Shown: positions 42,001 through 57,000 of the stretch, piece after piece | Numbering within the stretch: position 1 is the stretch's first letter | Layout of the letters: each line of letters opens with the position of its first letter | Origin: Hydrolagus colliei | Lineage: Eukaryota | Assembly (NCBI GenBank): GCA_035084275.1 | Contig: CM068746.1 | Coordinates: 23,746,001-23,810,000, forward strand | DNA length: 64,000 bases | Direction of reading: 5' to 3' | The notes under the pieces: model-generated | Database searches by the model: none | What the model was told of the DNA's origin: nothing | Seen by the model: only the letters and a program-made list of their open reading frames with translations | Made by a program: the position numbers and the translations under genes

Positions 42001-45000
42001 GCCTGCCTTGATTTCTCCTTCCCCTTTTTCAGACCACTCTTGAAGATCTTCCTTTTTGACCATTCCTATGGTCATTGCCCCCTCTCCCCAATTTGGCGAC
42101 AAGCTCCATCACTGTTGAGCGCTACAAGACTCTTCCCCACGTGAAGGGCACTATCTAAATTCAAGCTGTTGTTGGTGTTGATTAACTAAAGAACCCACAT
42201 CAAAAGTCACAGGTGTGATGCAGTTATGAGTTATCATTTGACTGAAAAATAAACTGGACCCCATCAGATCTAAATCTCAATACACAGCAATCCCACCTGG
42301 ACATGTAGATCCAATATCTCAAATGAAGTACGAGATGATGTCATTTTCCTTATGAACTGCAACTGCACATGTTATTAATGGTACTTCCTGAAGGTACATG
42401 TTTTGCACTAATATAAAGTCAATTTTCTTTTCAGTTAATCCTATGAAGCCCTTTGAGACATTTTGATGACATAATAAGACTGCATATTAAATACGAGGAT
42501 TATTATTGTTATTATTGTTGCTCATTATTATTATTGCTCTTCATTTAACAACAGATCTAGATTATTTTGATAGTCCTATGTTTGACTGCAGAATTCTTGG
42601 CTTATAAATATGTTCATGTTAGACTAAAAACACAGCTGAAGGAATCACTGCTGCATAAAAATGCACTGTTTAAAAAATGAAAATGGCTTCAGTCAGCAGC
42701 AAATCACCAGACGTGCATTGTTGACAGAAAGCTCATGTAAGTGATACATCCCACCTGTAAATCTCAATGAACCAATGCCAATATTCCTTTGGTATTCTAC
42801 AGGTGGATGTAGTTTATACATTCTCAAATGCTGTATCTTGAAACAAAATCTAAGTCATAGGTGCTTATGGTGATTTATTTGAGAGTCATCAATTATTCTT
42901 AAAAATAGAAAATAATTCAACGTAATAATTCAATAATGTTTAAAAATGTGCCTTATGACAGAAACATGTGAACACAATCGAGCAAGTTGCATTGTTTGTT
43001 ATTAACGTAATTCTTTCAGACTGTAAATAAAAAATCCAAACCTCCATTATTAACAGGAGTACATGTACTGGTATTTGCATTAATGTAGAGCATAATCTTT
43101 AAATGCAGTTTTAACAATGAAAATTACTCACCTTCACCAAATATACTTGACAGTCACTGACATAATCATACTCCAGTCCATCAAACGTCCGATAATGCCG
43201 ATCATTATATATAGTGCACACTTCAGGACATGGGTAGTAGGTGCAGTTAAACATTCCTCTTTGACACACACTGTCAGAAAGTAAGTAAAGAATTAGAATC
43301 AGAGTAAAAATTGTAACATCAGCCAAAATTCAGGGTGTCTAAAGTCATGATATTAACTAACTAAAAGAATTAACTATTAACTATTAACTAAAAGAAGTCG
43401 GAATGTTTTTAAGAAATATTAGACATTGTAATGGAATCACAACCTTTTGGTTTCTTTAACAAGTAAAAAGTAGACTTGGCGATGCAGAATTGGCTCCACA
43501 GAACCACAGAAATCTACCACATGAAAGAGGGCCATTTGGCCTATTGTGCCCATGCTGATTTGGGTTAGTAAGAGCTACAGTAAACTTACTCCTTTACTTA
43601 CTGGACTCCAGGCATCCAGAATTTGAACCTAGCTGGTCCGGGCCCAAAATCTATTTGTTTTTAAAAGCAAAATTCACTGTAGACTCCCACAAGCCTAATT
43701 CTCCTGGCAAATGTCAACACCACGCTGAGCAGCCTTGACCGACTAGAACCTGCCCGAAACTTTCATGAAGAAGCAACACTCAGAGTCAGCAAGTGACAGA
43801 TCATCATCCTTGCTGGCCTTCACAAGATCCAACTTGAACTCAGGATGTTTGAATCCTGGGAGCAAAAAATATCTTATTCGCTATCTCCTCCTCACAGGAT
43901 TCATTTAGCTAGAAATTCCAGCTCGCTAGATCAGATTAGTTTGGCTAGCCGGGGTTTTAGTGTATTTACTCAGTCCCCTACTCTTGCCTTTTTCCCATAT
44001 TGTCTATCACTTGGTGTTGGTCTAATTAGATGGTCAATCACAGGGGTCTGGTTCTTAATGGGATGTCAAAAAAACTAATCGCATTGAACAGAAATCAATT
44101 CTCAAGAACGCTACTCAGTTCCACAGTTGGAGTAATGCATGTCTCAGATTGGCTATTAAGGAAGAAATTGCGAAATATTGCAAATTGGACCCCATTCTGA
44201 AAGACCGATATCTCTCCCTATTAAAAAAATGGTCCCATTATCCTAAACAAGACTTTTATCATTGTTATGATTTTGACAGCCTATGATATCTTTTACCATG
44301 ACTAATCCGAGATATTTTGCATTAGTTTACTATGATAATCCACAGGCATTGCAAACAAACATTACAAAATAAATATTGTGTACCTGAAACTCAGATATCA
44401 ACTTGAACTTTATTGCTGACAATCAAATCATAGAAAGGAAGTTACAGAAAATAACATTGGTTCATTTGAAAAATCTAAAACAGACTTGCACGTACCAAGT
44501 GTAACAGACTGTGGAGACCACTTCACCTGGTAAATATTCCTGACCTTTCCATTGGCAAGGGCAGTTGTCAGGCAGGAAGCAGTCTCCTCCGTGCCTCACC
44601 AGCCTGGAAGGCAATGAAAAAAGACAATGCAATTCAAATTCTATAAGTCTCTATACATCCATCATAAGACATAGCTATACAAATGTAACTTAAAAACTAC
44701 TTCAGTAGCATTTCAGTAAGTTTACATAATTACAGTGTGAGACTAAATTGTGAGATTCACAAAAGGATTAAAAGAGCGATCGGTGTTATCATCAAACTTC
44801 AGGTGTGGACAGAGCCTTGGACAAATTTTTATGTCAAAACCAAGATCTCAAGATAGCTGGTTGTTCCATATCCAGAGTCCGAATGAATTGATAGAAATCA
44901 TTCAAATTTTGTTTTATCTGCTCTCTAGTATTTAAAGCACTTACCCAGGAGGACAAACACAGCCTGACATACAAGGTGTGATGGGTGGACAGGTAAGGTT

Positions 45001-48000
45001 CATCATAAGGTTTTCACATGTGGTTTCACAAGCTGTTCCAGTCCAAGGCAGGCCAGACGGAGGATCTCTACAGTCAAAGTACCTCTTATTGTCAGGACAC
45101 TCTCCAGGGTCAGGTTCTGGGCACAGTGTAAACATAGCAATTGTTCATGGTTCACAGATAAAGGAATTACGTTATTAAAATGTTACCAGTTACTGATCAC
45201 ATTACAAAAGTGCAAAGCAAACAATCGAGTAATCATCTATACCCTACCTGATTCTGGAGGGGAACACTCCATCCTTCCATTCCTGCATAGACTAAAACAC
45301 ATGGAGAAATCATAATAATAATGGTAATCCTTTGATTTAGTATAGCATTTTTCATATCTTCTAGATGTTTCAAAATGCTTCACAGATTATACTGTAAAGT
45401 GGGGATGTCAAACAGAGTAGAGTTTGCTGAAGCTCAGTTTCTAAAAACACTCCAGTGCAGGTGGTTTGAGGAGGAATGCAATTCACTCCCACATAACGTG
45501 TACAGTGCTTTTTATGTAAATGAACGTCTTGAAGTCCAAATCACATAAAAATATCTAAAACTTCTCTGTGTTTTTTTCTGTAAAGTGTCTGGGAGATTGT
45601 AGACAAATGGAGCCATGAAGTGAATAACCAACTTTTTTGCCTGGTATTATTGGCCAGGACACCAAGACACCAAGTGAAACTCCCTATAGACAATCTATAG
45701 CAAAGAAGGAAGAGGAGGAATCCTACCATGGTCCTGTGTTACTGAACGTAACCTCTCCTGGCTGATACAGCCCTCCCAGAAATTGACATGAGCACTGGGA
45801 CCTGGAAGAGGAAGACAATACCTCAGTATGATTGAGAACTCCTGAACTATTCAATCATATTATTTAATTAATGTATAATAATGTGCAACTAGTGCCATGT
45901 AAAAAAACACAAAAAAAGGTAAAATGATCAATGTTAAGATATTTAAAATTTAACGACAGTTCAATTTTGAAATGTGTAAATGTTCTCTAAACCAAAGTAG
46001 AAGTTATTTCCTGCCCAGCCTAATAACCAACTAGAAAATGATGAAAGGAAAACAAGGAACAAGCTTTAGGACATAAAGCAGACAATATTCTCATTGATAT
46101 TGACGTGCACGAGTGGCTACTGGGCTGTCTTGCTGCCAGTTACCGCCATCAGCACCTCCACAGTAACACATCCTGGAAAAGTAGTAATGGCTAATTAATC
46201 CTGTTGGGATTGGTTCAAAACCCACAAGTAGCTTTTATGGGGGTAAAAGTAGCAGAAATTAATTGAATTTTAAAGAGAATCCTCTTTTCTGTTCTTCGCC
46301 AGACTCTGATTTGACCCATTCTCTTGCTCTTCAACCAACAATAACTGGCAAAGGGCCCTTCACATGGGGTAGGGTCCTGGAGTCATTATGAGGTACTCAT
46401 AGAACATTTGTAGAGCTGTGTGGCTGCTGTGGGAGTCCTGCTATACAAATACAGGGGTTTACTTCAGCCAGAGGTTTACCCTGAAGGCCAAGTCATTCGC
46501 AAAGCAATAAAGTGGAACGGATACATGTGATTTCAGTTGTTATCAAACATAAGCGGCGTGATGCTGTAAAATACATAATGACAAACTAAAAACTTACTTC
46601 ATCACACAGTGGCGCAACACTTCATCATAGAATGTCCCATTCGGACAATTACAGCCTTCAGCACAATCGTCACTGCAGATCTCGTTTGTAGAAAGTGACT
46701 GACAAGCGCGTCCACAAGAGGAAGAACAGGTATGATACAACATGTTGGACTGGCAGATGACACCTGCACCAAAGGAAAACATGCCAGGTGAATGCTTCTA
46801 AAAGCTTGAACTAATTCAATTCACTCCCTCAAAAGTGATTTATTATAAGAGGTGTTTTGTCCAGAGAGCCACAAATAATTGGTGTGAAATTTCACCCATG
46901 TCTAGGTTTACTCTAAGTAATATTTTAGAGTGTACGGAAGTTGGCAAACACCTAAATAGGTTTCTAATGTTTAGACCAATTCCACGAGCACTTTTAATAA
47001 CCAGAGAAAACCAACTTCAAAGTTGAGGTTTAAATCAACAATGTGCTAAATTCTGTACACTCTAAAATGTTATGTAAATAGAGCAAACCTAGGCCCATAT
47101 GGGATTTCTTCTCAGCTGTCTATCAATATCATTTCGACCCATCAGCAATCATATTCTTTGATGCTGCACGTCAAAATTGTACACAAGAGGTTCACTTTGA
47201 TCAGTCATTAGGAAGCATTTAAGTTCACCAATTTCCCATGAAGTCTACTGATGCATTCACTCAAAGAGTGAAACGTACTGCTTCACATCTGTCTCGAAGT
47301 TGGTCTGTGGTCAGCCAGCCAGAGATGCAATTCAAATGTAATAGGACAGGCAGTATCAGTTTTCATCTCCCTAGATGGAGCACTTCATGTCTGTGCTTTG
47401 CTCCATCCAGCGCCTGGACTGTGAACTGAGAAAATAAAAGTCCTCTAAATGACCTCAGTAATTCAGACAGATACTGTTCTAATTTGAATGCCAAGCCCAA
47501 ATATATGCTTTACTTTAATGAAAACAGAGAGCAGGTCAGCTGAATGTGAACTAAGTTGGCGTTGCAGTGTGTTGCTACAAAATCATCTACCAACTTACCG
47601 CAGTCTGATACGACGGATCTGAAGTCAATGCGAATTCTGTGTTTGGCACAAAGAGATGCATAGTGTCCAAGGGCTGTACACATGCACAGTCGTCCACATT
47701 TGCAGGCATCGTAGCGGCACCGCTGGAAAAAGGGGCTTGGATTCACAAAGGAATGGCAAGGTGCAAACAGTTCTTGATTGAGGATATCACACATTGTTGA
47801 AGAATACAAAGCTGGATGTGCAGATATTAAAACAGCATGTAATATTCAGTGCTTCTTCAAATAAGTTAAAAACTTTACAATGTATTCTCAGAACTAAAGT
47901 AACAAAGTACATCTTCTACGAGACCACAACAATCAAACATAGATACCGTTTTGTTGATTTGTGTCGCAGGGGTCAATCAGAGGGACATTTAGTGGTGTTA

Positions 48001-51000
48001 CACACGCAGATGATATCTTCCATGCATTGGCATGTAACTGTGGAGTCCCTTCAATCATACCTGCCGGGGAACTTGTAGTGAAGAAGCAACCATTTAAGGA
48101 CAGTAGGAAACATTCTCTGTACAACCAAACTAATGACAAGATATAGTCACTTAGACAAATCCCACAGTCAAAAAGATTAGCTATGCTAGCGCAAGTTTAA
48201 ATGTCTGTGTTCAATTTCTTCATGAAGTAAAATAATAGTGGATTTGTTATCAAATGCCTTCAAAACAGCCAGTCACAAACCGTGTTTTGAACTTTTGAAC
48301 TATTGCCAGTTTCCTCCACTTATTTAACCCACACCAGTCTCTTGAGTCTATAAAACTAAAATAATTATCCCTGATATAATGCAGCATACTACTTACACTC
48401 TGAAGTCAAGAAAGAAAGGGAGGTGACTAAAGTTGATGAATTGTTCATGAATTGATCCTAACATGCATGTCTTTAAAGGTTCAATTCCTAATCTAGAGTG
48501 TACTTGTGACAAGCATTATTGGCAATATAGGAGCTCATAACACTGCACAGATTTGATATGCTGTAAACCAGCACAATCCCTCAGTTTTCGTCTAAAAACA
48601 TTTTTACAATCAGCAACAATGAGTATGAATGCTAGAGAGTGATTTTCCAATTACCATGAATATACTGTAAATAATAATAATCCTTGCATTTGATATAACG
48701 CTTTTCACATCTTCTAGACATCCAATGTGCTTCGCAGAATACACTGTAAAGTGAATTGACTGTATATTTTATGGGCTAAAACTAAACTGACCTTGGCTGT
48801 GTGAATTTATAATGTTGTTTCTCTATTGCCTTTCCCATTCTGATACTATCTGATACCATTGGGTGGGCAGGGTTTCAACCACTCTGCCCCTATCCTCTGG
48901 AACTCCATCCGACAGTCCCTCCATCCTGCAGTGCCTCCACCTCACCCCTTCCCTTGCCTCCTTCAAGATCCACCTCAAGACCCTCCTCTTCGAACATACT
49001 TTCGATCACCTTCCTTCCCCCTCTGCCCTCCACCCTCCCAAATCCTGACTATCAGCTTGAGTCCAAAACACTGACTGTCCAGCACTTTGGGACATCCACC
49101 TGCCATGCAAGGCACTAATCAAATGTAACTTGTTATTGTATCTCAGCAAGATCAGTAAATTTGCCAATAAACAAATGAATAATTACCACTAACATCTATG
49201 TCAGATTACTTAAGAGTTGCACTAACTGCGAAATGTATGTCATTTTTATTTAGTGGTATGAGCTTCCAGACACCGTCTGGAATGAATTACCCTATATAAA
49301 TGCAAGTTGTTGTTATGAACTCACAGAAAGTCATCTCGTAAGTTTCCATTAAATGTTCCACACAGACCAACAGTTCTTCCCTTCCAACTGCTGTCAACCT
49401 GAAGATAGAGTCTTCCTCCTTCTTTGTCAAACTGTAGCCGGAGACCAAACGTTGTTTTCACTTGCACGAATATAGACGACAATTTACGAATTTCAGTAAC
49501 TCCTGCAAGTAACAAAATCTGAACTTTACAAAACTTGACGCAAATCAGGTTAAGAAGTGAAAATGCATCTTGGGACGTCCTCCTGACGTGAAAGGCGCCA
49601 TACAATTATAATTTTGTTGTTGTTGTTGAAAGTGACAACTTCCAACGCTTTTTAGCTTTCCCGGAAGAATGTTACATTTTACAATACAATTATTTTAGAG
49701 TATTTATCCATTTTTAATGCATGATGTCGAAGTGGACCAATTACCATTGAAGTATGGAAGGCTAATTGCTTGATTGATGCCAAGTTGGATTTCTCCTGCT
49801 CTGGTTAGGGTGATCTGTTTACTTGTATCCTCATCTATCAACAGGGTGACTGACTGAATGCAGCTGTGGTCCATATTCTAAAAACAATATGAAAAGAAAC
49901 AGAGTGCTGTGTTACCCAAACCAGATCTCTAAATAGTTCTTGATTGTCTCCGCATTTGATTGTTTTCCAATGAAGCAAAAGGTTCTCTAGAATGATACAG
50001 AAAAAGTGTATTATTACACTAATATTCCTTACATTTGTTATAGTGCCTTTCGCATAATCGAGACATCTCAAAGCTTTTGAAGGGTAGGTATATTCTAGTA
50101 TAGAATAAGTTTTTTTTATAATTTCAGAAAATATTATTTTATATTGACACTGACTTGAAATGCGTTTAAAATTATTGTCATTTGATCCATTAGTGTTGGT
50201 TTAAAAGTTTGCATTTGTAGCTGGGCAAAGTTTATATTTCTTTCCAATGTTACTTATAACACATGAAATGTACAATGGCAATATAGCCACTCCAACTACT
50301 GAGATCCAACAATTCATCTTACAGCCGATTTTACAGGACATTTCCCATTCTTATAGTGAAAATCACTACATGAATGCAATTTGTTGTTGCTGTTAATTGA
50401 TTAAAATAGGAGACAGCATCTGTGTCTGACAAGAATACAACCAATTTGATTAAGTTACCAAGTTGTTTGTGAAATTGAAGCATTGGTGTAAAATGCAAAA
50501 TGTACAGACATACATTTGTCAATGTTTGATCCTACTCTCAAGCTCAACATCAACACTGTCGAACTGCAGAGCCACAGCCACCTCAGTTTCAGTGGAAAAC
50601 AGGTGTCTCACATAATTGTCACTGACAATTTGCTTCCAGAGATGTGTCCATGGCTATTTAAATGTATGTAGTAAAAATTGTCTCATCATTTTTGAATATT
50701 TGATTAAAATAATCTAAAATAATACTTGCTTAAATAATCAAAACAATGATTTGAGCAACAATATAAATATATAGATTTCTATATTAAACACACAGTTACC
50801 ACAAACTATTTTCCATTGATTAAACTTAATATAACTTGCATGTCCTGATGTCTCTACTCTCTCCATATGTAACTGCATGTCAATTAAATCCTCGCAACCT
50901 TTTCGACTTGCGTGGCTCACACTGTTGTTCATGTGGCACACATGTGGTTCTGTACAAATCTGGGTTCGACAGCCTTGCTCAACTTGACCAATCCCCTTTC

Positions 51001-54000
51001 ATTTAAGAATTGACAGGAATTTTAATCCTGCATTATAACAGTTTCAAATCAAGCAATTAATATTATTCTCTTACCTGACCACAGGGCATATTCTGTAGTG
51101 TCGCTGTGAATCTGTTATTTCTGCGGCTCTTTGCAAAGATAAACTGGCAGGTGCCAAGAAAAGTAAAAATCCGGCCATCAAATGTGGTGAAATGCATGTC
51201 TCCTGTGACAGAGCATTCAGCTGAAAGAAAAAATGAATGTTTAGGAATTTCAACATACCTTTCCCTAAATGTTTTCATTTATTCTTTTGCAGCAAATGGC
51301 AGGAAATGTTAAGTGTATCACTGGTTGTCATCTTTCTGAGCATGTAATAATAATATACAGCATTTTGTAAACATTATACACAACCTTATAACACTGTTAT
51401 TACCTGGGCAATCATTGTCTGTACAGTTCCACGTACCACCATTGCAAATGCTACAAAAGAAGGGGAACACAGTCAATTATTGATTTCATTTGAACACTGC
51501 ATTTGACTTCATTTTCACCAAAGAAAATTTTTGAAAGGAAAAATAAATAATTCATCATGTGATTCTTCACAAGAACACGGGAAATTAAAATTGGGGTTTA
51601 GAATATTCCAATCGCTATTATACTAATAAGACAAAGTTGTCTCTATCCTTTTCATAATCTATCAATATCATCAAACTTGTCTGATATGTGGGAACGTACC
51701 ATTCATTGCAACCTTCCTGTAAGTGAGACCCGATGGGATAGACTGCTCCATGGTATATACATGGACAATTAGATACTGAGATGCATGTTCCATTCTCCAT
51801 GATAAGTCCTGAAAAATACAAAAGAATCCATATTTCTTCTTCCTCCAGTCATTATGTGCACTTTACAGTGAATGAATTATTTTACAGAAGCGTTTTTCTC
51901 CTGCTTTTAAAAAAAAAAAACCTGGGTCTGAGAGAAGATGTTAAACTGGTAAATGCTGGATAAAGCAGCCTTTGAGCCTGCAGTTATCTTGTTGACTCCC
52001 TAAAGGAGACTGTGAGGGTTCCCGCAGCCTCACAAACTGCTTTGGTACACTTGGGGAATCGCATTTGTATTTAGCTGGACTATCAGCCCACGTCATCAAA
52101 GAAAAAGCAATGTACCAAGTGGGAGCACCCGGGAAACAACTGGTGACACTCCAACACTGCTTCTCTGTCAGTCTGCACTTGAGTAGCATTTCCTGATCAA
52201 TGATCACCCCACAAATATATGCATTTATAATTTATAATTTAAGATATGCTTTTCACCCACAAATATACAGTCAAATCACTTTACAGTATATCCTGTAAAG
52301 TGCTTTGAGACGTCTAGAAGACGTGAAAAGCAGTAGATCAAATGCAAACGGTATTATTATTATTTTGTGGGCTACAGAAAGTTGTGGAACCAAAATTATC
52401 AAATGCAAGGTTTATTATTATTATTATTATTATCCACCACAGTCCCACTAGAGAATGGTTATGGGTATAGGGTATAGGGGCCATCAAAGTAAATTTGAAA
52501 TTGATTGTTAATTACAAAGTACTCACCATCTGGACAGTAACATCCATCCAAGCAATGCAAGCTGCTTCCCAGACATTCCTTTTCAAATGTGCAGGTGGGC
52601 GGACAGCAACTGATGCAGTCACGGTGAACAAGACTCTCTTCACATTGTTCAACTTGAAATACAAGGGAGAGTTGGCCTAATGAATTCACTGTTGTCTGAA
52701 TTTTTAAATACTTTATTCGGCCATGCCCACTTGTAAAAGTGACATTACACTGGCTTAAACTACATCAAAACACATCCATGGATCACAGGAATTTCATCCC
52801 TGCATCATAATAATAATAACAATGTTTTTCATATTGCGGCTTATCTCAAAGAAGCCTCAGAGGTGACTGTGTTGTTTCAACTGTGTATGTTGTTGGTTTT
52901 ACACAGGAAATCATTTGCATCCTACAATGTTCCACACACAGCCATGAAGTGAATATTTTATCTGCAGTATTGTTGGCAAGTACATCAGGAGAAACTCCCT
53001 TCTCTTTTAGAATAGTAGTATGGGATCTCCAATCTCCACCTGATCAGGGAAGCACGATCTATGTCTCATCGAAAGGATAGCAAGTCCAGCAGTGCAGCGT
53101 TCTCCCAACACTGGAATGTCAACCTGGACTGTGAGCTCAATAGCCTGACCTTTGACTCACAGGTGAGAGTGCTACCAACTCTTGTATCACAACAAGATAA
53201 TACTGTTTGTGAGTATGTGTATAAAAATGACTGTTGATGTTGTGACTAAATGTGGTAATGCTCCTGTGCCTTTTTCCCTCTCCTGTGAAGACATTTTCCC
53301 TTTAAATTAGCTTTTGCAATCTGAAATAGATAGAATTAAATGGCTATAGAGCATGGAAATAAGGGAATCAACCAAACAAGTCAGCTGTCATTATTCCACA
53401 TGAGCCTCCATCCTGCCTGATCACGCTCTCCCTCGCCCCTCCATTCCCCTTCTCTCTTGTGTATGTAACTGACAGGTTAATGCTTCAAAGCACCTTGAGC
53501 ATTCTTCTATGAAAGGTATTGCATTCAGGCAGACACCCCTGGCTAAGCTCCAAGTCTGGACTAAAGGATTTACGACATTTTTTTGCCAAATGTTTCCACC
53601 TCAATCTGTTCTGAAGGCATTTCTCCTGCTTTGGTTTGATTTTGTGGGCGTCAGATAGTATCTGGCTCAAGTGACCAACTGAGAGCCTAGATACTAAATA
53701 CTGCAGTTGGAGTCTATTCAAACACACAAGGCCTCACAGTTGAACACTCCTATCCCCACCAATGAGGCAAAAAATCCACGCAAAAGTACAATGGGGAAAT
53801 ACTGTTAGAGGAGACTGTCCATGTGACAACAATGAATGCCAACTGGAATTTTATCTCTACTTGACGTACAGCCAATTGTAACAACAACAACAATCTACAT
53901 TTAGTGTCTTTCATGAAAGTGTAAATAAATTGGTACCTTCAACATAACAATTCTAAACATTACAATGAAAGAAAAACTTACTACAAGCGGGGAAGTCATC

Positions 54001-57000
54001 TCTCCACTCCCGTAAGGGATAGCCAGCATGAGAACATGCCCTTGTGTACTCTGTCACTGTACGACAATAGGTTTCCCTGTCATCCGTCCTATTTTACATA
54101 TGAATTATAAACGTATTAATAATAACAACAACAATCGGCACCGCCCTACTATGACTTTCATGTCGGTTGAATGTTTCAAAGCACTTTACAAATACAATGT
54201 GAGAGCATGAGGTAGATGGGCAAGGGTTGTGGGGGAGTAGTGTGAGAGGGATGGGGGAATAGAGGGATATGGGTAGGGGAATAGAGGGAGATGGGCAGGG
54301 GTGGATGGAGGGAGATGCCTGATGGCAAATTCAAAGAGATTGGTCTCTAGTTGGCTTTTGAAAACAGTGAGTGAGGGGACAAGGTGGAAGAATTTCAGAA
54401 GAGAGTTCCAGGGGGTGGGACAAAATAGCTGAAAGCTTCTATGTCAATTATGAAGCAGAGTGGACAGAGGCATCAAATAAAGTAGTTGGTGGATTGGAGG
54501 GAATGGTCAATGAAGTAGAGTTACAGGAGTTCACAGAGTAGGGTGGGTCATGGGGGCATTTGAACGTAGGTATCAGGATCTTAAAATTGATCCGCTGAGG
54601 GCATCATTGCAGCAATAATGAGAATAATGGGATCATGGAACCTTGTTGGGAGAGAATACAGGATTGCTTGCATTTGATATAGTATCTATAATATCAAATG
54701 AGCAATTGAGTACTCACATGCATAGATCATTGATACAACTGGCGACATAGGAATTAGGCTGAACGTGGTCACGACAAGAAAAGAAAGGGAAACTGACCAG
54801 AACTTCACATTTTATAATGATATCCTAAAGAAAAAGAATAAGAAAAAGAATAAGAATAAGCACTATTTAGCATTAGCACCATTAACAATTATATTATATG
54901 CAACTTTAACATAAGGCTACATTTTCCACATAATCTCTTGTGTAAGATATACTGAGAATGCTCAGTTCTTGAACATATTCAAGACTGAGATTGACAGATT
55001 TTTAAAGAATAGAGGGATTAAAGAATATGAGGATAGGGCAGGTAAATGGAATTAGGTTGGTTGATCAGCCATGATCTTATTAAATGGTAATGCAAGCTCA
55101 AGGGGCCAAATGGCCTACTCCTGCTTCTTATGTCTAATGTGCTTTCTTTTACACAATCAGAATACAATTCTGATCATGAAAGCCCATACAAACTGGAATT
55201 TAATGGTAAATTTCTTCCCCATATTTTTGTCATGTTATGTTTAGCTTAATGAAATCAACAAAGTTTTCTATTACCAATAAATCTTGCATCCTAAAATACT
55301 GTGTATTCTACTAAATACACAGACAATAATACACTTAGAACTGTGAGCCATATTTTCGACAATAAAAACTGAAAGACACTATGTCATATCCAAAGATTAA
55401 TTATTATTCTGCACCACTCTCTATGACATCACTGCACTAGCTATGTATACTTGGTGTAAAGATTAATTGCATTTCAATGATAAACCTTCACCAATGCACA
55501 GAGTAATTCCCACACAGAGTTTAAAAGTTTCCTACGTTAACTGATTCTCCTTTGCCCCTGCAAGGACTAGGAAAGTTGAGAGATACAGGTTCACATGGAG
55601 TATCAGAGGGAGACTGTGACATCCAACTGTTTCCAAAGACAGCAATGTCCTCAGTCAGCATGCCTGAAAAAGCAACCAACCAATATAGCAGCAAATTAAA
55701 ACACAGGCAAAACAATTTCTATAAAGAAAAATAAACTGGTGAAAAAAAACTTTGACATTTATGTCAAACTAGTTACCACATAATAGCTTTGGCTATTTAA
55801 TAAATATCTCTGAATGAAACTGAAGCTATTGTCAATTAGTGGTGAATAATAGGTCATCATTATGATAAATAATTGCATTAAACAGATGCTTAATGGGTGA
55901 TATTCCTTGGACAGAAATCTAGTAGATCTTAGCAGTATGCATAATTATTGGTTAGAAGTAATCAGCAAATCATACAAAATGTTCAAAGGAGAAGACCCTC
56001 CATCTATGGTCCCATTCATTAGAATACACAAGTGACCATCTTCCCTGAGTCCTGACTAGGTAAGCCCCTTCCAGGGCTTACCTAGACCCTTTCCATAAAG
56101 AAATATCTCTACCATAAAAATTGCCCCATACAGTTGGGAATTTGTGTTCTATAGTGCTGCTGCTGTCATCTGAACCTATTTTTTCTTGGATTACTTTTGT
56201 CATCCCATTTAGCATCTTATATTCTGTACATCTATAATTTCCCCATAGAAAAATCTAAATGCACAGAAATGTCAAAAATGTGCTTACTGTAGCTCGCATT
56301 CAGATCATCAGACATGTCTCCATTGTTGTTGCCACATAGACCACAAGATTTCCCTTTGTGCTCAACTGTAAGTTTGATATAAATACCAGAGAATCCATCC
56401 CAAGCCAGGGAAAATCCAAAGGTTGTTTTCACAAGAATGTAGTCAGCTAACCTTTCGAAGAATACATGTCTCACCATCTGCGGTAATTGCAGCCTAATAA
56501 AGATTTAAAAATCTACAATGATTATAACGAAACAATATTAAGACCTTTTCACATGGCAAAGCATTAGTTCACCGCTGATATGGGACTTAGAGGAACACGG
56601 TAATGTTCTACAGCAAACCTAAGGTCTGGCAATATTATATCTAAAGGTGAAACATTGCTTTATTTTATAATTGCAACAAATGCTCAAACGCTTTATTTTA
56701 TAATTGCAACAAATGCTCAAACGTAACAATTTTACAATAAATTTGGACAAATTATCCAATATTCCATAAAAACAGGATATTGAAGTAGTTGAAGTCATTT
56801 CCATGCCCAGATACAGTCACAAGTATGTTCAGGAGCTACCTAGCCCACTTCACAAACATAAAGCTCCTAAGATATTAGACAAGAACATGTTCTATATCAC
56901 AAGCTATATCATTAGTAGACTTTACTGACTAATTCCCAACATAAAAGGTTCAAGATTACCAAAGAAGTACTGCAGTGAATATACTTTAATATTGCAGATC

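Noticed and set aside
46144-46172. Cryptic exon-like segment (MCYCGGADG) with AG and GT
   Set aside because: 29 nt would shift the frame; the true exon 21 is at 45727-45801
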